Assembly (NCBI GenBank): GCA_964016885.1
Contig: OZ024741.1
Span: 298,034,001-298,098,000 of the forward strand
DNA length: 64,000 bases
Direction of reading: 5' to 3'
From: Eledone cirrhosa
Taxonomy: Eukaryota
Shown: positions 39,801 to 51,305 of the stretch, piece by piece
Layout: each line of letters begins with the position of its first letter
Numbering within the stretch: position 1 is the stretch's first letter
Translations under genes and position numbers: made by a program
The notes under the pieces: model-generated
Told to the model about the DNA's origin: nothing
The model's input: the letters and a program-made list of their open reading frames with translations, nothing else
Database searches by the model: none

Positions 39801-42800
39801 AGCCAGCCATCCACCTAATCTACGAAGGTATTTTAGCCTACATATTGTCGTTAATATTATGATGTTCCCTGCTGTATTAGCGTTAAATTTTCCCTGCTGT
39901 ATTAGCGATAAATTTTCGAGGGTTTCTCTTAGTAGCTTTTTCATGTCGTTAATATTATGATGTTCCCTGCTGTATTAGCGTTAAATTTTCCCTGCTGTAT
40001 TAGCGATAAATTTTCGAGGGTTTCTCTTAGTAGCTTTTTCATGTCGTTAATATTATGATGTTCCCTGCTGTATTAGCGTTAAATTTTCCCTGCTGTATTA
40101 GCGATAAATTTTCGAGGGTTTCTCTTAGTAGCTTTTTCATGTCGTTAATATTATGATGTTCCCTGCTGTATTAGCGTTAAATTTTCCCTGCTGTATTAGC
40201 GATAAATTTTCGAGGGTTTCTCTTAGTAGCTTTTTCATGTCGTTAATATTATGATGTTCCCTGCTGTATTAGCGTTAAATTTTCCCTGCTGTATTAGCGA
40301 TAAATTTTCGAGGGTTTCTCTTAGTAGCTTTTTTCATGACGTTATTATTGTTAATTTTACTGATGTAGTATTAACTTATTAACTTGGATATTTACCATGC
40401 GGTATTCTAATCCTATTGTATCTCTCTCAGTTATTTACCATGCGACCCTCAGTTCCTACCCCCCCCCCCCCTCTATGCACTTCTTTAAGGCTTACTACCC
40501 TGTCTTTAACCTAATTCATTCAATCTGAAAATATTGAAGAGATAAGACACTTTGCCATTCTTCTCTGCTAAAATGTACCACTGAGCTGATTCAAATTTTC
40601 CCAGCCAGCCATCCACCTAATCTACGAAGGTATTTTAGCCTACATATTGTCGTTAATATTATGATGTTCCCTGCTGTATTAGCGTTAAATTTTCCCTGCT
40701 GTATTAGCGATAAATTTTCGAGGGTTTCTCTTAGTAGCTTTTTCATGTCGTTAATATTATGATGTTCCCTGCTGTATTAGCGTTAAATTTTCCCTGCTGT
40801 ATTAGCGATAAATTTTCGAGGGTTTCTCTTAGTAGCTTTTTCATGTCGTTAATATTATGATGTTCCCTGCTGTATTAGCGTTAAATTTTCCCTGCTGTAT
40901 TAGCGATAAATTTTCGAGGGTTTCTCTTAGTAGCTTTTTCATGTCGTTAATATTATGATGTTCCCTGCTGTATTAGCGTTAAATTTTCCCTGCTGTATTA
41001 GCGATAAATTTTCGAGGGTTTCTCTTAGTAGCTTTTTCATGTCGTTAATATTATGATGTTCCCTGCTGTATTAGCGTTAAATTTTCCCTGCTGTATTAGC
41101 GATAAATTTTCGAGGGTTTCTCTTAGTAGCTTTTTTCATGACGTTATTATTGTTAATTTTACTGATGTAGTATTAACTTATTAACTTGGATATTTACCAT
41201 GCGGTATTCTAATCCTATTGTATCTCTCTCAGTTATTTACCATGCGACCCTCAGTTCCTACCCCCCCCCCCCTCTATGCACTTCTTTAAGGCTTACTACC
41301 CTGTCTTTAACCTAATTCATTCAATCTGAAAATATTGAAGAGATAAGACACTTTGCCATTCTTCTCTGCTAAAATGTACCACTGAGCTGATTCAAATTTT
41401 CCCAGCCAGCCATCCACCTAATCTACGAAGGTATTTTAGCCTACATATTGTCGTTAATATTATGATGTTCCCTGCTGTATTAGCGTTAAATTTTCCCTGC
41501 TGTATTAGCGATAAATTTTCGAGGGTTTCTCTTAGTAGCTTTTTCATGTCGTTAATATTATGATGTTCCCTGCTGTATTAGCGTTAAATTTTCCCTGCTG
41601 TATTAGCGATAAATTTTCGAGGGTTTCTCTTAGTAGCTTTTTCATGTCGTTAATATTATGATGTTCCCTGCTGTATTAGCGTTAAATTTTCCCTGCTGTA
41701 TTAGCGATAAATTTTCGAGGGTTTCTCTTAGTAGCTTTTTCATGTCGTTAATATTATGATGTTCCCTGCTGTATTAGCGTTAAATTTTCCCTGCTGTATT
41801 AGCGATAAATTTTCGAGGGTTTCTCTTAGTAGCTTTTTTCATGACGTTATTATTGTTAATTTTACTGATGTAGTATTAACTTATTAACTTGGATATTTAC
41901 CATGCGGTATTCTAATCCTATTGTATCTCTCTCAGTTATTTACCATGCGACCCTCAGTTCCTACCCCCCCCCCCCCCTCTATGCACTTCTTTAAGGCTTA
42001 CTACCCTGTCTTTAACCTAATTCATTCAATCTGAAAATATTGAAGAGATAAGACACTTTGCCATTCTTCTCTGCTAAAATGTACCACTGAGCTGATTCAA
42101 ATTTTCCCAGCCAGCCATCCACCTAATCTACGAAGGTATTTTAGCCTACATATTGTCGTTAATATTATGATGTTCCCTGCTGTATTAGCGTTAAATTTTC
42201 CCTGCTGTATTAGCGATAAATTTTCGAGGGTTTCTCTTAGTAGCTTTTTCATGTCGTTAATATTATGATGTTCCCTGCTGTATTAGCGTTAAATTTTCCC
42301 TGCTGTATTAGCGATAAATTTTCGAGGGTTTCTCTTAGTAGCTTTTTCATGTCGTTAATATTATGATGTTCCCTGCTGTATTAGCGTTAAATTTTCCCTG
42401 CTGTATTAGCGATAAATTTTCGAGGGTTTCTCTTAGTAGCTTTTTCATGTCGTTAATATTATGATGTTCCCTGCTGTATTAGCGTTAAATTTTCCCTGCT
42501 GTATTAGCGATAAATTTTCGAGGGTTTCTCTTAGTAGCTTTTTTCATGACGTTATTATTGTTAATTTTACTGATGTAGTATTAACTTGGATATTTACCAT
42601 GCGGTATTCTAATCCTATTGTATCTCCCTCAGTTATTTACCATGCGACCCTCAGTTCCTACCCCCCCCCCCCCCCTCTATGCACTTCTTTAAGGCTTACT
42701 ACCCTGTCTTTAACCTAATTCATTCAATCTGAAAATATTGAAGAGATAAGACACTTTGCCATTCTTCTCTGCTAAAATGTACCACTGAGCTGATTCAAAT

Positions 42801-43513
42801 TTTCCCAGCCAGCCATCCACCTAATCTACGAAGGTATTTTAGCCTACATATTGTCGTTAATATTATGATGTTCCCTGCTGTATTAGCGTTAAATTTTCCC
42901 TGCTGTATTAGCGATAAATTTTCGAGGGTTTCTCTTAGTAGCTTTTTCATGTCGTTAATATTATGATGTTCCCTGCTGTATTAGCGTTAAATTTTCCCTG
43001 CTGTATTAGCGATAAATTTTCGAGGGTTTCTCTTAGTAGCTTTTTCATGTCGTTAATATTATGATGTTCCCTGCTGTATTAGCGTTAAATTTTCCCTGCT
43101 GTATTAGCGATAAATTTTCGAGGGTTTCTCTTAGTAGCTTTTTCATGTCGTTAATATTATGATGTTCCCTGCTGTATTAGCGTTAAATTTTCCCTGCTGT
43201 ATTAGCGATAAATTTTCGAGGGTTTCTCTTAGTAGCTTTTTCATGTCGTTAATATTATGATGTTCCCTGCTGTATTAGCGTTAAATTTTCCCTGCTGTAT
43301 TAGCGATAAATTTTCGAGGGTTTCTCTTAGTAGCTTTTTCATGTCGTTAATATTATGATGTTCCCTGCTGTATTAGCGTTAAATTTTCCCTGCTGTATTA
43401 GCGATAAATTTTCGAGGGTTTCTCTTAGTAGCTTTTTTCATGACGTTATTATTGTTAATTTTACTGATGTAGTATTAACTTGGATATTTACCATGCGACC
43501 CTCAGTTCCTACC
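36878..43513 (+). repeat. Higher-order tandem array upstream of RTE family B (copy 2)
   Basis: Same block structure as 11306-17943; only poly-C lengths differ. Confidence 0.95.
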
Positions 43514-43755
43514 TCACAATTTCCCTCCCCCCACCCCCACACACCACCATAGTCTATTCGACCAATCAAACCTAGCATGCCATTTCCACTGCTGCTGCTG
43601 CTACTACCTGCCTAACTAACTCTCTCCTCCTCTGGCGCATCCCAACACACCCTGCCATTACCCCACCACCACTGTCCTTCTAGCCCTCAATTTTACCACC
43701 GTTAGGGATGGATGAGCTGGGAATACACGAGCAACTCTGAATCAATAGATGAAAT

Positions 43756-46700
43756 ATGAATCTGCGAGCTACCAAGCACCCACGTGAAGCGCCAACCCAG
43801 AGACCCTCCCCTACGAGTGTCGACAAATGCCCAAAACTCCGAGTTGGTACCATCAATGTAGGCTCAATGAAAGGAAGAGCAGGAGAAATCGTAGAAATGC
43901 TAGAGCGAAAGGAAGTTGATGTATGCTGTGTGCAAGAGACTAGATGGAGAGGAGGGTCTGCTAGAGTCCTTGTAGGAAAAAGCCAGTGCTACAAATTTTT
44001 CTGGGTGGGAAATGACGATGGGATGGGTGGTGTAGGTATACTATTAGCTGACAAGTGGGTAGATAAAGTAATCTCAGTGTACAGGGTAAATGCAAGAATC
44101 ATTAAACTCAGACTAGTCCTGAATAAGACAATTACCACAATAATATCAGCTTACGCACCCCAATCGGGGCTGCCAGACGAACTTAAGGATAGGTTTTACG
44201 AGTCCCTAATACACACTACTGCTCTAACAGACGACAAGGACTTCCTAATCATTGCAGGAGATTTTAACGGACACGTAGGTAAACACTGCGACGGCTTCAA
44301 TAGAGTACATGGAGGCCATGGAGTTGGCACAAGGAATGAGGAAGGATTCAGACTTCTAGAATTCTGCGACGCCAATGACATGTCGATATGTAACACAAAC
44401 TTTAAAAAACCCGACAACCACCTGATCACCTATAGATCAGGGGAGCACTCTAGTCAGTTAGATTTTATCCTCATCAGAGGACGTGACAGATGGACGGTCG
44501 TAAACACAAAAGCCTTCCCTAGTGAGGAATGTACATCCCAACATAGCTTAGTTGTCAGCGACCTCACGGTCAGAACTAGACGAGCCCTGAAACAGAGGCC
44601 AACCTGGAGAAGAAAGATCTGGAAGCTGAAAGTCCCCTCAACCAGTAACAGATTTAAAGATATTTTACTCAACGCCTACGACAGTAAAGAAGAACAGATA
44701 GAGACATTTAACGTAGAAGAGAACTGGGAGTTCCTAAAAAATAACTTACTAGAGGCGACGGATGAGGTTTGTGGCTGGAGTAAGACCTCAAGCAGGAGGA
44801 GAGTGACTTGGTGGTGGAACAATAAGGTAGATGAAGCAGTCAAGGCCAAGAGACAGGCATGGAAAGAATGGAAGAACGGGGGGAGCAGGGTACATTACAT
44901 AGAGACCAAGAGGGAAGCTAGGCGACAAGTATACTTAGCTAGGAGGGAAGCAGAGGATAGAAAATTCAAGCATGTTTTACAACGTGAGGACCAGAAACAG
45001 GAGGTATTCAAGATTGCGAGGCAGTGTGTCAGAGATAGTTGTGATGTCATTGGAGAGAAGTGTATCCGGAATGATAAAGGTGAGCTTGCCCTCACAAGTG
45101 CTGAGAAGAAAGATGCATGGAAGAGTCATTATGATAGATTACTAAATGAGGAGAATGCATGGGAAGAAGAGACCCTACCCCACGTAGACCCTATAGAGGG
45201 ACCAGCAGTACAAGTCAGCGGCAGCGTAGTAAGTAAGGCAATCAGAGATATGAAGATAGGGAAGGCAACCGGTCCATCGGGTATAGCTGCCGAGATGCTG
45301 AAGGCATCTGGGTCTGTAGGTCACACTATAACCACACGTATCGTTAACCAGGTAATACTAGAGGGGGCCATACCAAAAGATTGGTGCAGTAGCATCATTG
45401 TCAACTGCTACAAAGGTAAAGGCGATGCACTAGATAGAGGAAACTATAGAGGTATAAAGTTGATGGACCAGGTCATGAAAGTAACAGAAAGAGTTATAGC
45501 ACAGCTGATTAGGGACCGGGTGAATATAGACGAGATGCAATTTGGGTTTGTTCCAGGGAAAGGCACCACTGATGCGCTCTTCCTTGTGAGGCAATTACAG
45601 GAAAAGTACCTAGCTAAAAGTAAGCCACTCTACTTGGCATTTGTCGACCTTGAGAAAGCCTTTGACAGAGTTCCACGTGCAGTAATCTGGTGGGCTCTTA
45701 GAAAACTAGGAGTAGATGAATGGCTTGTGAAAGCGGTACAAGCCATGTATAGGGGAGCAGTCAGCAAAGTTAGGATTGGCAATGAGTATAGCGAGGAATT
45801 TAGCGTACAGGTTGGGGTCCACCAGGGCTCTGTTCTTAGCCCTCTCCTGTTCATCATAGTCCTGCAGGCAATAACGGAGGAGTTTAAGACCGGATGCCCA
45901 TGGGAACTCCTGTATGCTGATGACCTCGCACTCATAGCTGAATCTATGGTAGAACTAGAGAATAAATTCCAAACCTGGAAGCAGGGACTAGAGAGAAAGG
46001 GCCTCAAAGTCAACATGACAAAGACTAAGGTCCTTATAAGTAGACGAGAAAACAGAACCCAGATCCCCTCAGGGAAATGGCCTTGCTCAGTATGTAGGAA
46101 AGGTGTAGGTAGGAACTCCATTCTTTGCCCCAAATGCAAACAATGGGTACACAAGAGATGTAGCGGGATCTCAGGAAGCTTAATTAAGAATGTAGGATTC
46201 ACATGCAGCAGCTGTGCTGAAACAGCAAGCAAACAGCCACAGGAAACAAGTACCACCAATCTCTGGGAGGGCCCTGTAGAAACAGTAGACAGCTTCTGCT
46301 ACCTAGGTGACCGAATTAGCAACGGAGGTGGGTGCTCAGAAAGTACAATAACTAGGGTAAGAACGGGATGGAAGAAGTTTAGGGAACTACTACCACTGCT
46401 AGCTGCAAAAGGCTTCTCCCTCAGAATGAAAGGCAGACTGTATGATGCGTGTATCCGAACAGCGATGTTGCATGGTAGTGAGACCTGGGCGCTGAAGGTG
46501 GAAGACTTACGTAGATTAGAGAGAAACGAAGCCTGCATGCTCCGATGGATGTGTAACAGTAATATACGTGAACGACAAAGCATAAATGAATTGAGAGAGA
46601 GACTGAGCATAAGAGGAATCAAATGCTGCGTGCAGGAGAGGCGGTTACGCTGGTATGGACATGTGATGCGTATGAAGGATGACAGCTGCATAAAAAGGTG

Positions 46701-46875
46701 CAGAGCACTAGAAGTTGATGGAAACCGCGGAGTGGGGAGACCCAAGATGACTTGGGATGAGGTGATAAAAGCCGACCTTACCCAACTACACCTCTCAAAG
46801 TCAATGACACACGACCGTGACTTCTGGCGTCACGCAGTAATACAGGGTACCCGACCTCCCATGGGTACATGCTGA
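43756..46875 (+). CDS. Intact 1039-aa RTE polyprotein: AP endonuclease, reverse transcriptase, PHD finger insert
   Basis: GTINVGSM, CCVQET, AGDFNGH, LDFIL, SQH; YRGIKL, QFGF, DLEKAFD, GVHQGSVLSP, LYADD, YLG; C4HC3 motif at 46084-46215. No stops. Confidence 0.95.
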   Translation: MNLRATKHPREAPTQRPSPTSVDKCPKLRVGTINVGSMKGRAGEIVEMLERKEVDVCCVQETRWRGGSARVLVGKSQCYKFFWVGNDDGMGGVGILLADKWVDKVISVYRVNARIIKLRLVLNKTITTIISAYAPQSGLPDELKDRFYESLIHTTALTDDKDFLIIAGDFNGHVGKHCDGFNRVHGGHGVGTRNEEGFRLLEFCDANDMSICNTNFKKPDNHLITYRSGEHSSQLDFILIRGRDRWTVVNTKAFPSEECTSQHSLVVSDLTVRTRRALKQRPTWRRKIWKLKVPSTSNRFKDILLNAYDSKEEQIETFNVEENWEFLKNNLLEATDEVCGWSKTSSRRRVTWWWNNKVDEAVKAKRQAWKEWKNGGSRVHYIETKREARRQVYLARREAEDRKFKHVLQREDQKQEVFKIARQCVRDSCDVIGEKCIRNDKGELALTSAEKKDAWKSHYDRLLNEENAWEEETLPHVDPIEGPAVQVSGSVVSKAIRDMKIGKATGPSGIAAEMLKASGSVGHTITTRIVNQVILEGAIPKDWCSSIIVNCYKGKGDALDRGNYRGIKLMDQVMKVTERVIAQLIRDRVNIDEMQFGFVPGKGTTDALFLVRQLQEKYLAKSKPLYLAFVDLEKAFDRVPRAVIWWALRKLGVDEWLVKAVQAMYRGAVSKVRIGNEYSEEFSVQVGVHQGSVLSPLLFIIVLQAITEEFKTGCPWELLYADDLALIAESMVELENKFQTWKQGLERKGLKVNMTKTKVLISRRENRTQIPSGKWPCSVCRKGVGRNSILCPKCKQWVHKRCSGISGSLIKNVGFTCSSCAETASKQPQETSTTNLWEGPVETVDSFCYLGDRISNGGGCSESTITRVRTGWKKFRELLPLLAAKGFSLRMKGRLYDACIRTAMLHGSETWALKVEDLRRLERNEACMLRWMCNSNIRERQSINELRERLSIRGIKCCVQERRLRWYGHVMRMKDDSCIKRCRALEVDGNRGVGRPKMTWDEVIKADLTQLHLSKSMTHDRDFWRHAVIQGTRPPMGTC

Positions 46876-47176
46876 AGCATATAAACAATATGCCCCCCCC
46901 CCCCCCACCGCAAGGTGGTCGTGGAGGTGCCACGGCAAAAAAGCACCCAGCCCACACTGTAAAGTGGACGTGTAGGCGCCACGAAAAAGCACCCAGCACT
47001 CACTGTAAATGAGGTTGGTGTTAGGAAGGGCATCCAGCTGTAGAAATCAAGCCAGATCAGTTCCTGTATGAGCAAGGCATGGTCAGCCGACCAGACACTG
47101 CCCACAACAGGACAACCCGTCTAACCCATGCTAGCGTGGAAGAACGGACGTAAAACGGTGATGATGATGATGATGA

Positions 47177-47219
<43 letters not shown>

Positions 47220-47447
47220 AACACATACAGATACATACACACATATACATATATATACACACATATATATATTTATATATATATATATATATATACACAT
47301 ACACATACAAACACATACACACATACATACATACACATACATATACATACATATATATATATATATATACATATACATACATATATTCATGTGTACACAT
47401 AAGAAGAGGGGGGGGGGTGAAATGGAATTTTACCTCCGAGTGTTAAT

Positions 47448-48315
47448 TCATTTTTTCGTGTTCAGTAGTGGTTTAAATTTTTCAATGAAGAATTCTTCTT
47501 TATATCTGCGGAAATGTTCGTTATCCGACCATATCTTGAAGAAAGGGAAGATTGTGAATTTTCCCTTCCCGCATGATGCAAAGTGTGCGCTACATGTGGT
47601 ATTTCTGACTGTGGGGTCTTTAATTTGTTGTTTATGTACCCGGACTCTATCATGTAGTCCCGTTCCGGTTTCCCCAATGTAATACTCTTTACACTGTGGA
47701 CATGTTGCGCAATATATTAGGTTTTTCGTTTTGCAGTTCATGTTTGCATTGACCTTGAAATTATCATGGTTTTTGAAGGACAACTGTTTGCCCTCTTCGA
47801 TGAGTTCACAGGTTTCACATCTAGGGTCCCCGCATTTCGTCACTTGCATTGATTCCATGTTGGTCGTAAATTTTGTCTTGGTAATTAGTTTTTTAAGGTT
47901 GGGTGCTTGGCGTCTGCTATAAATTATCTGTGTGTTTTTTAAGAGTGCATTCATTTTGGTAGATTGCTGTAGAATTGGGAGATACTGCTTAGCAGTTTTC
48001 ACAATGTTGACGTTCCCTGGGTTGTGAGTGATGACAAAAGAAATAGCAGGGTTTTCTTTTTTATGTTGTGGGTTTGGTTTTCTCAGTGTTGTTATTGGGA
48101 TGTTCTTAGCCTTGGAGATGGCTGCGTTGATGAGTTTCATCGGGTATTCTTGTTTTTTAAGGAATTTTTTCAGGTCACATAATCTTTTTTCTTGTAGTGC
48201 GGGGTGTGTTGCTATAGTGCAGATGCGCCTTGCCATGTTGAAGGGAATGTTCCTTTTCGTATGTGAGGGGTGTGCTGACCGGAAATTTAAGTATTGTTGT
48301 GTGTCAGTGGGTTTG
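47448..48315 (-). pseudogene. Penelope-like element, 5'-truncated: RT thumb plus GIY-YIG endonuclease
   Basis: KPTDTQQYLNFRSAHP, C..C..C linker, NLIYCATC..C..YYIGET, R...H, E.FFI.KFKPLLN. Confidence 0.9.
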
Positions 48316-48525
48316 TTGTCATCACTCACAACCCAGGGAACGTCAACATTGTGAAAACTGCTAAGCAGTATCTCCCGATTCTACAGCAATCTACCAAAAT
48401 GAATGCACTCTTAAAAAACACACAGATAATTTATAGCAGACGCCAAGCACCCAACCTTAAAAAACTAATTATCAAGGCAAAATTTACGACCAACATGGAA
48501 TCAATGCAAGTGACGAAATGCGGGG

Positions 48526-48531
<6 letters not shown>
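47822..48531. repeat. 216-bp inverted repeat (47822-48037 / 48316-48531) at the Penelope 5' end
   Basis: Arms are reverse complements with about 3 mismatches; 278-bp loop; right arm ends in (TA)n. Confidence 0.92.
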
Positions 48532-48609
<78 letters not shown>

Positions 48610-48761
48610 CAGGTACACATACATATATACACGTATCAGTTTAGCGGACGCTTATTATAACGCCGCTTTGTTCGTTTGTAAACAAACTGAACAGCCTGAA
48701 TTTTTATGCCGTACGGTGTTAAGGCAACCACGTCACCTTTTTGTTCAACACTGACACAGGA

Positions 48762-48804
48762 ACGATGTACTAGTTTCAAGCTTGTTAGCTATCATCAGCA
48801 CCGT
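48762..48804 (-). ncRNA. Minimal type I hammerhead motif (left arm)
   Basis: Reverse complement of 49051-49093. Confidence 0.75.
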
Positions 48805-49050
48805 ATACCCATCTGCCAGATAGTTGAACGTTCGAAAGTATATACTTTCCTGATGAAAATTAACGGCTGAGCAGCCTAATTTGCATATCGAGTGAGAAAT
48901 GAAATTTCGTTTTCATTTTATTTCAACTTATCGTTTTCGGTATGCCTGACCGACTTAGCTCACTCGATATGCAAATTAGGCTGCTCAGCCGTTAATTTTC
49001 ATCAGGAAAGTATATACTTTCGAACGTTCAACTATCTGGCAGATGGATAT

Positions 49051-49093
49051 ACGGTGCTGATGATAGCTAACAAGCTTGAAACTAGTACATCGT
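49051..49093 (+). ncRNA. Minimal type I hammerhead motif (right arm)
   Basis: ACGGUG-CUGAUGA-U-AGCU(AACA)AGCU-U-GAA-ACUAGU-A-CAUCGU: stem I with one G-U, palindromic stem III, GUA site. Confidence 0.78.
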
Positions 49094-49245
49094 TCCTGTG
49101 TCAGTGTTGAACAAAAAGGTGACGTGGTTGCCTTAACACCGTACGGCATAAAAATTCAGGCTGTTCAGTTTGTTTACAAACGAACAAAGCGGCGTTATAA
49201 TAAGCGTCCGCTAAACTGATACGTGCATATATGTATGTGTACCTG

Positions 49246-49283
<38 letters not shown>

Positions 49284-49395
49284 TACTACTGTACGTCTGT
49301 ATACATATATGTATGTACGTATACACGCATACTTACATTTAAGTAAGTGCCGTACTAAGAGTGAGAAATGAAATTTCGTTTTCATTTTATTTCAA

Positions 49396-49464
<69 letters not shown>

Positions 49465-49509
49465 ATGTATGTGTATGTATGTATGTGTGTATGTATGTGT
49501 TTGTATGTG

Positions 49510-49541
<32 letters not shown>

Positions 49542-50460
49542 AATATATATATGTGTGTATATATATGTATATGTATGTATATATATATATATATACCCAT
49601 GTGGAGGTATGAGTACATATATATATATATATACATATATACATATACATATATACATATACATATATACATATACATATACATATATACATATACATAT
49701 ATATATATACCCATGTGGAGGTGTGTGTACGTATGTGTATATGTGTTTTTATATGTCTTTATATGTTTTTATGTATGTATGTGGATGTATATGTACATGG
49801 GTGTGTGATTGATGGTGTGTGCCTATATATTCCTACATATGCCCGTGTGTGTATGTACGTATATACGCACATATGTGTGTGTTGAACAAAGGACTAATTT
49901 TGGGATGGACGTAGAAAAATTCTTCAGAAAAAAATAATTGTTTACAAGCTTGGCAGGTGCGGTTTGCCTATGACCATTTTCGATACAAAGGAATACTAAA
50001 AGCTTTTTCCCCTGAATAAAGGAATTTTTCGAGAATGACCGGGGCAGGCCACGCTTGCTACATTTCTTCCCACCCAACCCTACTCACTGTCTCAACTCAT
50101 TACTGCTATTAACATTTTTTCAACACACCTACACCCTACACTTATAAAAGGAGGAGAAAAAAACCCCCCACCACACCACAAACATGTTAAATCCCTATAT
50201 ATAGAACAACACACCACATACACATCAGTTTGACAAGCGCACCTCAGAGTGAAAGGTCTTTCTAAAAACGAAACAATACCTCCTACGTTAACCAAGAACT
50301 CCTAAGACCTAACCAACAACCAACGACTCAATTTATAAAATTTAAAAAAAAAAAAAAAAAAAAATTTTTTCTAATCCGGAAAAAAATTCTTTTTGGATTT
50401 TGTGAAGAAAATTAATTTGTTGAAAGCACAAGTGAAACCATTTTTTTCTTCCCCCCTGTC

Positions 50461-50570
<110 letters not shown>

Positions 50571-50581
50571 CATACATATTG

Positions 50582-50945
50582 AGAGCATTGGCCTTGCAAT
50601 CGAAAGGTTGTGAGTTCAATTCTCACAGCAGGTAATGTGTTGTTTCCTTGAGCAAGACAATTTATTTCACATTGCTCCAGTTTACTCAGCTGTAGAAATG
50701 AGATGATAGGACTGGGGTCCCTATCATTCCACTGCAAAGTGGTTGTGGAGGTGCCACGGCAAAAAAGCACCCAGCCCACACTGTAAAGTGGATGTGGAGG
50801 TGCCACGGGAAAAAAGCACCTAGCACTCACTGTAAATGAGGTTGGTGTTAGGAAGGGCATCCAGCTGTAGAAATCAAGCCAGAATCAGTTCCCGTCCCAC
50901 CCTTGCAAGCAGGGAAAAAGTGGACGTAAAATGAAATGATGATGG
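50582..50945 (+). mobile_element. CORE-type SINE with RTE tail, 5'-clipped
   Basis: Homologous to 6453-6786. Confidence 0.85.
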
Positions 50946-51232
50946 TGTGGTCACCCCATAGTATCAAACTAACCATGGAGCTTGAAGCAATCCAATGAAG
51001 CTACACCAAGAAGGTTGCCACGATGAAGGAGATAAACTACTGGGATGAAGACGGGAGAGATATGCAATGATATACATATGGAAAATCCTGGGGGAACTAA
51101 GACCAAACTTTCGCATTGAGAGCTGGACCAATTCTCGAACAGGACGTCACTGTGTGGTACCAAAGGTCCCGTCTTCCACATCTAGAATCAGGAGCAGCTA
51201 TTGCAATAGCCTGAGGTTCAAAGGCCCTCAAC
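50946..51232 (+). mobile_element. CR1-like LINE fragment
   Basis: ELEAIQ.SYTK, IYIWKIL, RTGRHC; same family as 56445-57065. Confidence 0.7.
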
Positions 51233-51305
51233 TTGGTTTCCAAAATTTCAATTTGTATTTCCTATTCATCAGTGCTTCAAGCAAGCTATAAAACTCTGTT
51301 ATATT

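Larger units (their letters stand above)
25573..43997. repeat. Segmental tandem duplication, copy 2 (portion matching 1-18427)
   Basis: ataaactgttgagtg at 25573 equals position 1. The match continues to 43997, after which the RTE ORF carries on intact. Confidence 0.95.
36878..47180 (+). mobile_element. Full-length RTE family B LINE including 5' array (about 10.3 kb)
   Basis: (TA)n, then array, unique 5' UTR, intact ORF, 3' UTR, (GAT)n, then (TA)n. Including the array in the element is an inference. Confidence 0.75.
48605..49250. repeat. 292-bp-arm fold-back (48605-48896 / 48959-49250) carrying a hammerhead motif
   Basis: Arms are reverse complements with about 2 mismatches; 62-bp loop; (TA)n on both sides. 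Confidence 0.92.

Noticed and set aside
48850-48905. Plus-strand CUGAUGA followed by a hairpin
   Set aside because: GAAA does not follow stem II directly, and stems I and III are absent.
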